A stretch of 64,000 nucleotides of DNA from an uncultured Elusimicrobia bacterium (GCA_964405835.1 CAYOPN010000004.1:4082-68081), one strand, 5' to 3'. Counted from the stretch's first letter, positions 1 to 11,088 are shown. Numbers and translations: made by a program. Notes: a model not told the origin generated them from the letters alone.

Positions 1-2
1 TA

Positions 3-449
3 TTGACCAATTTCCATGCGATCGATCACAAGCGGACGTCAGAAGTTGTCGGGACCGAAGTTGAATTTAACGAGGAAATCGCGCCGGGCGTCCATTTCCG
101 CGGCACGATTGACCGGTTTGACCGCCATCCGGACGGTTCGCACGAGATTATCGAGTACAAAACCCAGCCGGCGTGGCCGGCCGAACGGATTTCCAATGAC
201 CGGCAGATGACTTTTTACGCGCTGGGCCTTCGAAAAAAAGTGGGAAAGGGACCGCTCAAACTGACCTATTATTTTCTATCGTCCGGCACCTCGGCAGCGA
301 CAACCCGCACCGAAACCCAATTGGAGGAAGCGCACGCCTTGATTCTCAACACCGCTGAAAAAATCCGGAACAAAATTTTTGTGCCCAACCACGCGTCTTG
401 CGCCAAGTGCGAGTTCGCGCGGCGGTGCGTCAATTACAAACCGCAATGA
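3..449 (+). CDS. PD-(D/E)XK nuclease of the RecB/AddB/Cas4 type with a C-terminal Cys cluster (5' end cut by the window edge)
   Basis: The ORF is open to the window start. It has a nuclease motif IDRFD...EIIEYK (D...ExK) and a C-terminal CAKCEFARRC (C-x2-C-x5-C), as in Fe-S RecB-family nucleases. Its stop overlaps the argB start (ATGA). Confidence 0.6.
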   Translation: MTNFHAIDHKRTSEVVGTEVEFNEEIAPGVHFRGTIDRFDRHPDGSHEIIEYKTQPAWPAERISNDRQMTFYALGLRKKVGKGPLKLTYYFLSSGTSAATTRTETQLEEAHALILNTAEKIRNKIFVPNHASCAKCEFARRCVNYKPQ

Positions 450-1195
450 AAAGGCCCTGGGTCATCAAAGCGGGCGGTGAATTGATGGTGGAAGGTCCCG
501 TCCGGAAAAAAGTCCTCGCCCATCTAACACGGCTTCAAAAAAATCATCCGATTGTTTTCGTGCACGGCGGCGGCCCTCAAATCGAGCAGGAGTTGTTGCG
601 GAACAAAATTCCGACGCGGTTTATTAAAGGACGGAGGTTCACGTCGCCGCAAGCGATGGTCCATGTGGAACGGGTGCTCAGCGGTCAAATCAACAAAGGC
701 ATCGCCGCCGAACTCGCCTCCAAAGGAACGGCAGCGGTGGGACTTTCGTGCCGGGACGGAAAAATCGTAACGGCCAAACCGGTTCCAGGCCTCGGCCGGG
801 CGGCGAAGCCGGTCGTCATCAATATCGATTTGCTGAAAACGCTGCTTATGGATGGTTTCTTGCCCGTGGTTTCGTCGGTTGGCTCCGATGCAACAGGACA
901 TGCGGTTAATATCAATGCTGACGACGTGGCCAGCGCGCTGGCAATAAAACTCAAAGCGGAAAATCTGATTTTCTTGACAAATATCTCCGGCGTGCTGGAC
1001 CAACAGAAAAAAAGAATTCCTCTTTTAAAAACGGGGAAAATCGACGCGTTGATCAAAAAGGCCGTTATTACCGGCGGCATGATCCCGAAAGTCCAATCGG
1101 CGCGGGCGGCCATCCGGAAAGGCGTCGGCGAAGTGGACATCGTTAACGGAAAATTCGGCATCGACTTCAAATACGGGACACGCATTTGTGAATAA
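446..1195 (+). CDS. argB: acetylglutamate kinase
   Basis: MKRPWVIKAGGE... and VFVHGGGPQI are amino-acid kinase family motifs. The ATG at 446 overlaps the upstream stop. The longer ORF start at 398 is unlikely. Confidence 0.9.
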   Translation: MKRPWVIKAGGELMVEGPVRKKVLAHLTRLQKNHPIVFVHGGGPQIEQELLRNKIPTRFIKGRRFTSPQAMVHVERVLSGQINKGIAAELASKGTAAVGLSCRDGKIVTAKPVPGLGRAAKPVVINIDLLKTLLMDGFLPVVSSVGSDATGHAVNINADDVASALAIKLKAENLIFLTNISGVLDQQKKRIPLLKTGKIDALIKKAVITGGMIPKVQSARAAIRKGVGEVDIVNGKFGIDFKYGTRICE

Positions 1196-1198
1196 CCC

Positions 1199-1288
1199 CG
1201 TCATCCCGGCGAAAGCCGGGATCCAGGCTTTAAACATGAATTTAAAGACAGGTTTGAAACCTGGGCCCCGGCTTTCGCCGGGGTGACG
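1199..1288. repeat. REP/MITE-like palindromic element, copy A (90-nt form)
   Basis: Sequence runs cgtcatcccggcgaaagccgggatccagg...cctgggccccggctttcgccggggtgacg. The termini are inverted repeats, and each arm is itself a 6-bp hairpin (cccggc-gaaa-gccggg and cccggc-tttc-gccggg). It lies in the argB-argD spacer. Confidence 0.85.
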
Positions 1289-1305
1289 GCGGGGGAACAG
1301 AATTT

Positions 1306-2493
1306 ATGGAAAATCCATTCTTAAAAACTGAACTGAAACATTTTCTGCACACGTTCAAACGGCAACCGCTCTGGCTCGTGAAAGCAAAAGGCAGTTATGT
1401 TTGGGACAAAAACGGCCGGAAATATTTGGATTTCTTCTCTGGGCTCGCGGTTTGCGGCGTTGGGCATAACAACAGCAAAGTCGTAAAAGCCGTCCAGAAA
1501 CAAGCTGCCAACCTGATCCATTCCTCTAATTTCTTCTACACCACTCCTCAAATGGAACTTGCTGAAGCGTTGACGGCGCGTTACGCCGGCTCAAAAGTGT
1601 TCTTTTCCAATTCGGGCGCCGAAGCGAACGAACTGGCCATTAAGTTGGCGCGGCTCTGGGCCACAAGAAACAACAAGGCGGGGCGGGAGATCATTACGTT
1701 TGAAAATGCTTTCCACGGCCGGACATTGGCCACCACCACCGCCAGTTGGGGACGGAGCCGGTCGAACGACGTATTTGAACCACTCCCGGAAGGTTTCGTC
1801 CAAGCGCCTTTCAATAACCTGGGAAAAACCGAATCATTGGTATCCAACAACACCATCGCAATCATGCTCGAACCAATTCAAGGCGAAGGCGGCATCAACA
1901 TTGCGTCACGCGAATTTTTGGCTGGATTGGCAGACCTTTGCAGGAAAAACAATCTCTTGCTTATCATGGACGAAGTGCAATCCGGCATGGGAAGGACCGG
2001 GAAGTTTTTTGCGTTTGAGCATTTTGGACTAAAACCCGACATCGTCACGCTTGCCAAAGGGCTGGCGGGGGGGATGCCGCTCGGCGCCACGCTCGCGCAA
2101 GAACACGTCGCCAAATGGATGGTGCCGGGCCTGCACGGCTCCACTTTCGGCGGAAACCCCGTTGCTTGCGCGGCCGCGATAGAAGTATTAAAACTCCTGC
2201 CGCCTCGGGCGCTTCGATCGATTGAAAAAACCGGCGAAGCCCTCAAGCAGACCCTTTCCCAGTTCTCAAAATTCCCATCCGTTAAGGCCATTCGCTCGTT
2301 TGGTTTGATGGTGGGCATAGAGCTCCAAGAAAACGGCGATGCCTATGTTCAGTTGGCGCGTGAAAAAGGTCTTCTTATTAATTGCACCCAGGGCAACGTG
2401 CTGCGGTTTTTGCCGCCGTATTTCATTTCGCAATCCGAGTTAAAGCAAGGTTTTAAAATTCTGCGTTCCGTTTTCGAAACGCTAAACAAGTAA
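1306..2493 (+). CDS. argD: acetylornithine aminotransferase (class III PLP aminotransferase)
   Basis: Contains SNSGAEANE and LLIMDEVQSGMGRTGKFFAFEH with a TLAKGL lysine region. It sits next to argB. Confidence 0.9.
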   Translation: MENPFLKTELKHFLHTFKRQPLWLVKAKGSYVWDKNGRKYLDFFSGLAVCGVGHNNSKVVKAVQKQAANLIHSSNFFYTTPQMELAEALTARYAGSKVFFSNSGAEANELAIKLARLWATRNNKAGREIITFENAFHGRTLATTTASWGRSRSNDVFEPLPEGFVQAPFNNLGKTESLVSNNTIAIMLEPIQGEGGINIASREFLAGLADLCRKNNLLLIMDEVQSGMGRTGKFFAFEHFGLKPDIVTLAKGLAGGMPLGATLAQEHVAKWMVPGLHGSTFGGNPVACAAAIEVLKLLPPRALRSIEKTGEALKQTLSQFSKFPSVKAIRSFGLMVGIELQENGDAYVQLAREKGLLINCTQGNVLRFLPPYFISQSELKQGFKILRSVFETLNK

Positions 2494-3858
<1,365 letters not shown>

Positions 3859-3867
3859 GGGGAAACG

Positions 3868-4143
3868 TTGGACAAAAAAAAGAAAACCTGGATCATCATC
3901 GGCGGGTGCGTTCTCGTCCTGCTGAGTTTTCTTTTAAGTGACAGCGTCCGCCACACCTTTACCCGCAAGCGCGCCATCCGCGCCGCGGAAGCGGAACTCG
4001 CGCGCCTGACCCAAGAGGCCGAAGAAGCCCGGCAGCAAATCACCAACCTTGAAACCAACCCCAAAGCCACCGAGCGGCTCGTCCGCAAGGAACTCGGCTA
4101 TCTAAAACCCGGCGAAAAAGAAGTGCGTTTCGTCAACAAATGA
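3868..4143 (+). CDS. ftsB: septum formation initiator, FtsB/DivIC family
   Basis: A 91-aa protein with one N-terminal TM helix, then a coiled coil and the RKELGYLKPGE motif. It has the classic position directly downstream of eno. The start codon is TTG. Confidence 0.65.
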   Translation: MDKKKKTWIIIGGCVLVLLSFLLSDSVRHTFTRKRAIRAAEAELARLTQEAEEARQQITNLETNPKATERLVRKELGYLKPGEKEVRFVNK

Positions 4144-4439
4144 CCGTTTACGTCAATTGCCCCTGCTGCAGCGCGATGTTGGAGGTGGACGTTGAAGACG
4201 GACGCGTGGTCAACAAATGGAACGCATCCGAGCGCAGCAAGTCCGGCGAGGACAAAATGAAGGCCGCCTTACTGAAGATGGAAGAAGACAAGAGGAAGCG
4301 GGAAAGTTTGCTCGAAAACACCAAGTCAAACTTGGAAGCAAAGAAGAAGCGGATGGACGAGGTTTTTAAGAAGGAAGTTGAGAAGATTAAAAAAGACGGA
4401 CTGGGAGAGAAACCGCTTACGCCTTTCGACCTGGATTGA
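4140..4439 (+). CDS. small hypothetical protein with an N-terminal CPCC zinc-ribbon-like motif and a K/E-rich tail
   Basis: The start overlaps the ftsB stop. I recognised no family. Confidence 0.4.
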   Translation: MTVYVNCPCCSAMLEVDVEDGRVVNKWNASERSKSGEDKMKAALLKMEEDKRKRESLLENTKSNLEAKKKRMDEVFKKEVEKIKKDGLGEKPLTPFDLD

Positions 4440-5283
4440 CTTTCTTTGAGGTCGAGAGGATGACGATGTTCGGGTTGCGAATGTATTCGCCCGGGAAGCG
4501 GATCGCGTGGTTCTTTCCGTAGCGCGGCTTCAACCGGATCGGTAAATCGACGTGTTTTCCTTTGATCGCCTGCCCAATGTCGGTCGCTTTCACTCGCAAA
4601 ATCCGGTCCTGACCGTTGATCCGGACAAGGATCAAAACTTTCGAATTGGTGGGAATGACCGTCGGATCGGTGGCGATATGCCCGTCAAAAATATCGAATA
4701 CACCCTTGTCTTTCTCAACGACGATCGGCTGCAAAAATTGTCCGTTGCGCGCGTAAGGTTTCAATCCGCGGGACGCGCGCCACAAGTTTTCCGGCGTGGT
4801 CTCAATCAAGGCGAGGTCGACGGCTTCTCTCCAGCGGGCCGGCGCGTCGCGCTGGGCAAGCCATTTGGCCAGCTCGGCGCGGTTTTTAAACGACGTTTTT
4901 GAACGTCGGATGGAGATTTGCAAGTCGATGGGGAGGAGATCAAAAGGATTTGACGCGTACCAGGTGGCCTTGAACGTGTTCGCGGAAAGGCCCAGGCGTT
5001 GCAACCACTTCGGTTCGCGGAGGATCTGGGCAAGGGATTTCCCGGTTTTGGCCTGATAAGAGAGGAGATCTTCCACGGCTTGCTGGGACAAATTCCGCAA
5101 AAGACCCACGCGGGCCAGGTCTTTAACAGTTTGGGTGCCCACGTTATCAACAATCAATTGGCGGGTGGGAACCATCGGAAGCGGGCCCACAATGGTGGCG
5201 CTGCCGAAGCTCACAATAAGAAGCCCCGCCGTAACAAAAACGGCAGAGCTACGAATGAGGTAATGGGACTTTTTCTGTTTCAT
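4417..5283 (-). CDS. membrane-anchored 3D-domain protein (MltA/RlpA-like cell-wall-binding fold)
   Basis: It has an N-terminal TM/signal anchor. The C-terminal IATDPTVIPTNSKVLI...KATDIGQAIKGKHVDLPI matches the 3D (Asp-Asp-Asp) domain pattern. Confidence 0.55.
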   Translation of the reverse strand: MKQKKSHYLIRSSAVFVTAGLLIVSFGSATIVGPLPMVPTRQLIVDNVGTQTVKDLARVGLLRNLSQQAVEDLLSYQAKTGKSLAQILREPKWLQRLGLSANTFKATWYASNPFDLLPIDLQISIRRSKTSFKNRAELAKWLAQRDAPARWREAVDLALIETTPENLWRASRGLKPYARNGQFLQPIVVEKDKGVFDIFDGHIATDPTVIPTNSKVLILVRINGQDRILRVKATDIGQAIKGKHVDLPIRLKPRYGKNHAIRFPGEYIRNPNIVILSTSKKVNPGRKA

Positions 5284-5394
5284 ACGGCACGGATTCTAAC
5301 ACGCTTTCGACGGAAGGGAAGGGGGGTTGGCAAACCTTAACCGTTTCTTAAGGCAATTTTAATGTCGGCCATATAGACTATTATCTATAACGAG

Positions 5395-7122
5395 ATGCCG
5401 ATGATTAAACGCTCGAAATCAATGCGAAAAACACTGGCAATTTTCCTTGGAATTCAGCTTTTCCTGGGCCCCTCCTCAATTTGGGCCGATTGCTTCGTAA
5501 ACTATCCTCCATTAAGCAGCTCCGGATCAGCGCAAGACAATGTCTGTTTTCCTAATCATTCCCCCAATGAATACGATACATATGTAAATCCAACAAGTGG
5601 GATTAGGGCTGGATGGTGCGTGAATCGTGATCGAATCACAATAACTCAAACCCAAACGAGCCCCAGCAGCTGCCGGTACATGGTCAAGGTCAAGATCAAC
5701 ACAAAACTTTGTGACGTTCAAAATTTACGGTTATTGTCTTACAAACACGTTTATCTCAAAGTAGTGAAGAAAGCACCAGCCGGCTCGTCTCCAACGTCTT
5801 CGGATCAATGCACCGCTTGGGCCGACAACTTATCTGACTTCGGAATTTTCAGTCGCAGCGCGAGCTTTCAAGGCATTCGTTCTTATGGTCCCGTCGTAAT
5901 CGGTCCTATACCGCTTTACCGACGGAATCCAAGTAGCCGAACTGACGATTTTGAATTTGAAACAATTTCGGGTGAAGGCGGAAGCAATAGCCCAATCGAT
6001 TTTGGCCCTTTGGACAAAAATATCTCGTATTACTTTGAAGTGCACCTTCGGAAAAGCGACATAGACGGAAGACCGGCAGAATGGACGGGAATGCAGCGAA
6101 AACAATGGATCAACCAATGCCCCCCGCCCACGTCTCCTTCTCCGACGCAAAGCCAAAGCCCCTCGCCGAGCCCGTCGCCCAGCGCTTCCGTAAGTCCATC
6201 GGCCAGTCCCTCTTCCAGTCTTCCATCAAGTCCACCACCCACTCTTCCACCCAGCCCGATAAATAGTCCCTCGGTGATCCCCAGCGCATCGCCCTCGGCG
6301 TCGGAATATCCAACCGAAATACCCACCGATACGCCGACCCCCACCTCGACGGACTTCACCACCCCCTATCCAACGGGGGACCCGACAGCCACGTTGGAGG
6401 AGCCAGTCGATGCTTGCGGGAATGTACTCCAGGCTCTCTCGTTGAACGATCGGACGGCAATCGAATCGGAAAAAAACGCCGCGAAGGAAGGGTTTTTGGC
6501 CATTGGGCCAGTTTTATCCGTTGGAGGTGGAGGGGGAAGTGACAATGTTAGTTCCCAAGACGCACTTCCAATAGAATCCTCGCTCAATTGTGAAACGATT
6601 TTCCTGTTTGATTTTGATGGTGACGGGTTAAGTGCGAAAGCCCCCAACCAACAGATCCTAAAATTGGACCTTCCGGAGGGGGCCAGCAATCCACGTGTGT
6701 TCAAACGGGTGGGCACCAACAATTGGAAACAAGACCCGAGCCAACAGGTCACCCAGGGTGCTATTGTGTTAAGCAACCCAGCGAGTGGTTTGTATCGTGT
6801 TTTCGCTACGATTGTTAATCTGCCGTTTTCCTTCGGGGAAGTGTATGTGTTCCCAAACCCCTTCCGCAGCAATGACAATCCGATACTGCACGTGGAAGTC
6901 GGAATGGCCAACTCGGTTTCGACTCGTATTTACGACCCCGCCGGCGATTTGGTCTATGAAACCCGTGTTGATAGCGCCGTCAAAGTTGTGAATGGAAAAC
7001 CCGCCTACGAAGCGCCGCTGGACATCACCCACCTCAAACCGGGCGCTTATATCGGTATCGTTACCGCCACCAAAAACGGCAGCGAATCCCTGCGTAAACG
7101 CTACCGGTTCATCAAGAAATAA
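5395..7122 (+). CDS. secreted protein with a P/S/T-rich linker and a FlgD-Ig / T9SS-CTD-like C-terminal domain
   Basis: It has a signal peptide (LAIFLGIQLFLGPSSIWA), a PSPTQSQSPSPSPSPSASVSPSASP... linker at 6118-6390, and a C-terminal VYVFPNPFRSN...YIGIVTA beta-sandwich tail at 6841-7119. Confidence 0.6.
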   Translation: MPMIKRSKSMRKTLAIFLGIQLFLGPSSIWADCFVNYPPLSSSGSAQDNVCFPNHSPNEYDTYVNPTSGIRAGWCVNRDRITITQTQTSPSSCRYMVKVKINTKLCDVQNLRLLSYKHVYLKVVKKAPAGSSPTSSDQCTAWADNLSDFGIFSRSASFQGIRSYGPVVIGPIPLYRRNPSSRTDDFEFETISGEGGSNSPIDFGPLDKNISYYFEVHLRKSDIDGRPAEWTGMQRKQWINQCPPPTSPSPTQSQSPSPSPSPSASVSPSASPSSSLPSSPPPTLPPSPINSPSVIPSASPSASEYPTEIPTDTPTPTSTDFTTPYPTGDPTATLEEPVDACGNVLQALSLNDRTAIESEKNAAKEGFLAIGPVLSVGGGGGSDNVSSQDALPIESSLNCETIFLFDFDGDGLSAKAPNQQILKLDLPEGASNPRVFKRVGTNNWKQDPSQQVTQGAIVLSNPASGLYRVFATIVNLPFSFGEVYVFPNPFRSNDNPILHVEVGMANSVSTRIYDPAGDLVYETRVDSAVKVVNGKPAYEAPLDITHLKPGAYIGIVTATKNGSESLRKRYRFIKK

Positions 7123-7188
7123 TCTTCGCTAAAACTTAATCTGAAATTAAAGCCGTCTTAATAAGCGACACGTAACATTGTTGTAACA

Positions 7189-8373
7189 ATGGGACGAGAA
7201 CTGCCGCTATATAATAAGCGCATTCGTCACCCCGGCGAATGCCGGGGGCCAGGCTTTAAACCTGTCTTAAGAAACATGTTTAAAATCTGGATTCCGGCTT
7301 TCGCCGGAATGACGATTTACCTTCTCGTACCAAATCCAATTTTCGCCGGCACCGACACGGGCGCTGATTTTCTCAAGATCCCCATTGGCGCCGAAGCCGC
7401 CGGTCTCGGCCAAGCGTACACGGCCATGGCGAGCGGAATTAACGCGTTGAACTGGAACCCCGCCGGCATTCTCCAGACCCCTTCCAGCATGGGACGCCCG
7501 ACGATGGGATTGTCCCTTTCGCATCAAGACCAACTCGAAGAAAACAAGCTCGACCATCTCGGTGTTATCGTGCCGAGCCGCGCCGGAAAAAATTCCCTGG
7601 GGTTTGATTTGATTCGTCTCTCCTACGCCGACCAGGAAGGCCGCGACGCCGAGCGCCGCCCCACGAATCAGCTTTCGGCGTCCGACATGGCGTTCGGCGC
7701 GGCCATCGCCCGGAATTTCGGAAGCTTTCAGCTTGGCACGCAAGTCAAATTGATCCGCCAGGAATTGGCCGGCAGCAAAGCCCAGGGCCTCGCGATGGAC
7801 CTGGGACTTTTGTCGGCGATGCCGAACCCGCGACTCACGCTCGGCGCATCGGTCCGCAACCTCGGCCCGCGCATGAAGTTTCTCGACGACACATTTGAAC
7901 TGCCACTTACAATGTCCATCGGCAGCGCATTTCGTGTGACGGGCCCCTTAACACTAGCCTTGGACGTTCATTACAAACCTCACCAACGCCAAACGGTCCT
8001 TTCCCTCGGAAGTCAATTCCTCGCCGGCGATAATTTCACCCTCCGCGCCGGGTATCTTTCAAAATTGGCCGAATCGGTCACGAACACGCAGGAGTCCGAA
8101 ACGAACCGCGGCAACTTTGCAAATGTCAGCGGCCTCGCCGGCGGGCTGGGTTTTATGTTTAAACAATTTAGCCTCGATTACTCCATCACGCCGTTCGGTG
8201 AACTCGGCAACACGCAGATGCTCACGCTTTCCAGTTGGTTTGGCGCGGCCGAAGAGAAGAAATCGAATTTCGAGTCCCCTGAAGAAGAAGTCGCCGCCGT
8301 GGCCGCTCAACCCACCCGCGTCATCTTGATCCTTCCCGCCGCCAATGAATCTTGGTGGGGTTCTCTCCGCTAA
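7189..8373 (+). CDS. PorV/PorQ-family-like outer-membrane beta-barrel protein
   Basis: GADFLKIPIGAEAAGLGQAYTAMASGINALNWNPAGI matches the conserved PorV/PorQ N-terminal block. The rest has alternating beta-strand-like composition. The start is ambiguous: ATG at 7189, 7276 (MFKIWIPAFAGMT, inside the REP element) or 7309. Confidence 0.6.
   Translation: MGRELPLYNKRIRHPGECRGPGFKPVLRNMFKIWIPAFAGMTIYLLVPNPIFAGTDTGADFLKIPIGAEAAGLGQAYTAMASGINALNWNPAGILQTPSSMGRPTMGLSLSHQDQLEENKLDHLGVIVPSRAGKNSLGFDLIRLSYADQEGRDAERRPTNQLSASDMAFGAAIARNFGSFQLGTQVKLIRQELAGSKAQGLAMDLGLLSAMPNPRLTLGASVRNLGPRMKFLDDTFELPLTMSIGSAFRVTGPLTLALDVHYKPHQRQTVLSLGSQFLAGDNFTLRAGYLSKLAESVTNTQESETNRGNFANVSGLAGGLGFMFKQFSLDYSITPFGELGNTQMLTLSSWFGAAEEKKSNFESPEEEVAAVAAQPTRVILILPAANESWWGSLR
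7225..7314. repeat. REP/MITE-like palindromic element, copy B (90-nt form, inverted relative to copy A)
   Basis: It is close to the reverse complement of copy A and lies inside the 5' end of the 7189..8373 ORF. Confidence 0.85.
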
Positions 8374-8394
8374 AAATTATATCGTCCCAAACCC

Positions 8395-10104
8395 ATGTTG
8401 GACGACAAGACACAGGTCCTCGAAGTCGCGATGGAGTTGGCGCTTCCCCACGCGTTCCTCGAACAAATTTCAAAACGTTTCGGCCCCGAAAAAGCGCGCG
8501 AATGCGCGATGTCGACGTCCGTCGGCGGCATCGGCCCGTTGTTGCGCGAGCGCGTGTTCGCACAAGGCGACGTCGGAATAAATGTTGTCGGCGTCAGTCT
8601 TCTGTATGACACGGTCTGGGTACAGGCCTGGCACGAATGGGGACAGATAAATCTTCAGAAGCGCAACGTTTCGAACGCGCTCAAAACGGTCCTAAAGAAA
8701 AGAGAAGACCTCGGTTTCAGCCTTACCTTCTTTGACGGAAAAACCACCGCGGTGGAAGTGTGGGAATTGGCCTACGGCAAAGCCGTTGTGTATTTCCTTT
8801 CGGCACCCGGCGTCACCGACATTGTGTATCCGGGACCCAAAGACATGCCGCAGGGCACCGGCATCAATGCGAACCAATGGTCCCACGAAATCCGTCTCAA
8901 ACACAGCTGGCTCGTCGGCCGTGGCGCATTGGCGCTCTCCAAGAGACTAAACCGCAAACCATCCATCGCCATCTTGAGCGAAACCCCGACGTTTTTTACG
9001 CACAACCGTCTCGTCAAAGACGAATTCCAAAACGACCCGTTCTTCTCGGAGACAAAATATATCTTCAACGACCACACGCCGCTCGAATACGCGCACCCGA
9101 TCTGGGACCAGCCCACGCTGGACATGATCAAACTCGACCCGTCTGTTTACCTCAACAAACCCGCTTGGAACGATTCCAAGAAAACCTTGGATGTGACGAG
9201 CCTCTTGGTCGGGGTGTGCGATGCCGTCTTTGGCGTCGCCAGAAAACACGGCGACGTGATGAAAGCCATGCCCTCCTTGCGGGAGTTTGGCCCCAAGATC
9301 CAATACATCACAAACGGCGTGCGGAAAGAAGATTGGCAGGCGCCGGAATTCGCGGACCCCTCGAAGCTTACCGATGAACAATTGTTGGCCGCCAAATTTG
9401 AACGCAAGAAAAAATTGCTCGATTGGGCCTGGCGCCATTGTCATCTGTGGCCGACGTGGGCGAAGGAATCCATCGACAAAAAAATCATTGCCTGGACGCG
9501 CCGGATCACGCCGTACAAACGCCTCGACCTGTTGGTCAAAATGCTGAAGAACCAGGAATGGCGCGCGCGCTTTCTCCAATTAAACGTGGTGATCCTGGTG
9601 GGAGGGCGCATTCATCAACAAGACAATCATGCCCAGGACATCGTGTACGACTTGCTCGATGCGCTCGATAAAGACCCGCAGCTCCAGGCCCGCATCGTCA
9701 CGATCGACAATTTCAATGTATGGGAAGCTCCGCTGCTTTATCAGGGTGTCGACGGCTCCATCATGTTGGCCGATGACACCCGCGAGGCCTCCGCCACCGG
9801 CTTTATGAAAGCCCAGATGAACGGCGGCGCCATCCTGGCCACGGCCGACGGCGCGGTACCGGAATTTGTGTTTTTCCAGGGCATCGAAAAAGACGAAAAG
9901 AAGGTCAACGGATTTCACATTCCTTATATTAAGGGCGAACCGACGGCGTTGGGCCTGCTGGAAGCGCTCGAAGCATTCGACAAGACACTGGCCAACCCGG
10001 CCTCTCAAGCGGCCATTGTGCGGGCCGCAATGGCCGTCACGGCCGATGTCGGCGTCGACCGCACCGTGGCCGACACCAAACGTCTTTATCAATCCCTGCC
10101 ATGA
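8395..10104 (+). CDS. alpha-glucan phosphorylase family protein (GT35-like)
   Basis: Contains FNDHTPLEYAHPIW, ITNGVRKEDW, WTRRITPYKRLDLL, LVGGRIHQQDNHAQ and REASATGFMKAQMNGG (PLP-lysine block). It is shorter than classical GlgP. Confidence 0.65.
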   Translation: MLDDKTQVLEVAMELALPHAFLEQISKRFGPEKARECAMSTSVGGIGPLLRERVFAQGDVGINVVGVSLLYDTVWVQAWHEWGQINLQKRNVSNALKTVLKKREDLGFSLTFFDGKTTAVEVWELAYGKAVVYFLSAPGVTDIVYPGPKDMPQGTGINANQWSHEIRLKHSWLVGRGALALSKRLNRKPSIAILSETPTFFTHNRLVKDEFQNDPFFSETKYIFNDHTPLEYAHPIWDQPTLDMIKLDPSVYLNKPAWNDSKKTLDVTSLLVGVCDAVFGVARKHGDVMKAMPSLREFGPKIQYITNGVRKEDWQAPEFADPSKLTDEQLLAAKFERKKKLLDWAWRHCHLWPTWAKESIDKKIIAWTRRITPYKRLDLLVKMLKNQEWRARFLQLNVVILVGGRIHQQDNHAQDIVYDLLDALDKDPQLQARIVTIDNFNVWEAPLLYQGVDGSIMLADDTREASATGFMKAQMNGGAILATADGAVPEFVFFQGIEKDEKKVNGFHIPYIKGEPTALGLLEALEAFDKTLANPASQAAIVRAAMAVTADVGVDRTVADTKRLYQSLP

Positions 10105-10991
10105 ACCCGCCGCTTAAAAAATACTTCGCCCGCCACGGCGGACGAATTGAAAAAGCGTTGATCCATTATCTGCCGTCCACGCAGGAGCGCCCCCGCATTA
10201 TTCACGAAGCGATGCGCTATTCGGTGCTCGCCGGAGGAAAACGCCTGCGCCCGATCCTCGTCATTGCCGGCGCGGAATTGTGCGGAGGAAAAGCCGCGGA
10301 CGTGATGCCCGCCGCTTGCGCCTTGGAATTCATTCACACGTATTCGCTGATCCACGACGACCTGCCCGCCATGGACGACGATGATCTGCGCCGTGGCAAA
10401 CCAACCAATCACAAAGTGTACGGGGAAGACATTGCGATTTTGGCCGGAGACGCATTGCTCACGCACGCGTTTAGTTTGTTGGCGGACAACGCCGACGTGG
10501 TACGGTTGGTCTCTCATGCCGCCGGCACGTTCGGCATGGTGGGGGGGCAAGTGGCCGACATCCAAGCGGACCAGGGCCGCTGGAAAAAACTTCAGGGAAC
10601 CGAATACCGCTCGCCGAAAGGCCTGCTGCAATTTATCCATCTTCGAAAAACGGCGGCGCTGATCCGCGCCAGTCTTGTGGCCGGCGCCATTTTGGCGGGC
10701 GGAAAAAAGGCCCAAATCGCCGCGCTTGATAATTATGGCGAACACATTGGCCTGCTATTTCAAGTTACCGACGATATTCTGGACCAGATCGGTGACAAGA
10801 AAAAATTGGGCAAACGCGGCAGCGACCGCGCTAACCAAAAACTCACGTTCCCAGCCATTTTTGGACTTGAACGTTCGCAAGCCATCGCGACGGCCCTGAC
10901 CAAACGGGCCCACCAAGCCCTGTCTCCCTTCGGCCAAAAAGCCGATGTCTTGCATCACCTCGCCGACTTCATCCTCTCCCGCGACCACTAG
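10101..10991 (+). CDS. ispA: polyprenyl (farnesyl/geranylgeranyl) diphosphate synthase
   Basis: Both Asp-rich motifs are present: LIHDDLPAMDDDDLRRGKPT and FQVTDDILD. The start overlaps the upstream stop (ATGA). Confidence 0.9.
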   Translation: MNPPLKKYFARHGGRIEKALIHYLPSTQERPRIIHEAMRYSVLAGGKRLRPILVIAGAELCGGKAADVMPAACALEFIHTYSLIHDDLPAMDDDDLRRGKPTNHKVYGEDIAILAGDALLTHAFSLLADNADVVRLVSHAAGTFGMVGGQVADIQADQGRWKKLQGTEYRSPKGLLQFIHLRKTAALIRASLVAGAILAGGKKAQIAALDNYGEHIGLLFQVTDDILDQIGDKKKLGKRGSDRANQKLTFPAIFGLERSQAIATALTKRAHQALSPFGQKADVLHHLADFILSRDH

Positions 10992-11058
10992 CCCCCCTAC
11001 GCCGTAAGACGGCTACGGGGGGCAGGCCCCCTCCAGCGCTGATTTTGCGCGGTTTTTT
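10992..11058 (+). terminator. possible terminator region downstream of ispA
   Basis: An imperfect G/C hairpin cccccc-tac-gccg-taaga-cggc-tac-gggggg lies at 10992-11022. A short stem cagcgc-tgatttt-gcgcgg followed by TTTTTT lies at 11034-11058. Confidence 0.35.
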
Positions 11059-11072
11059 ACCTCTCGACACTG

Positions 11073-11088
11073 TGGCACATCCATTGCA
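11073..11088 (+). promoter_or_regulatory. sigma-54 (-24/-12) promoter
   Basis: TGGCACatccaTTGCA matches TGGCAC-N5-TTGCA with correct GG/GC spacing. It lies ~124 nt upstream of the ATG at 11212. A weaker second copy, TGGCATtgagaTGGCA, is at 11113-11128. Confidence 0.5.

Noticed and set aside
3-449. The Cas4-like nuclease as a hint of a CRISPR-Cas locus.
   Set aside because: I saw no repeat-spacer array and no other cas-like gene in the window. The Fe-S PD-(D/E)XK fold is equally typical of AddB/RecB-family repair nucleases.
1025-1237. A 70-aa minus-strand ORF starting MFKAWIPAFAGMT inside REP copy A.
   Set aside because: It runs antisense into the well-supported argB gene, and its only notable feature is the element-encoded start. 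It shows that every copy of the element carries this ATG, but this instance is not a gene.
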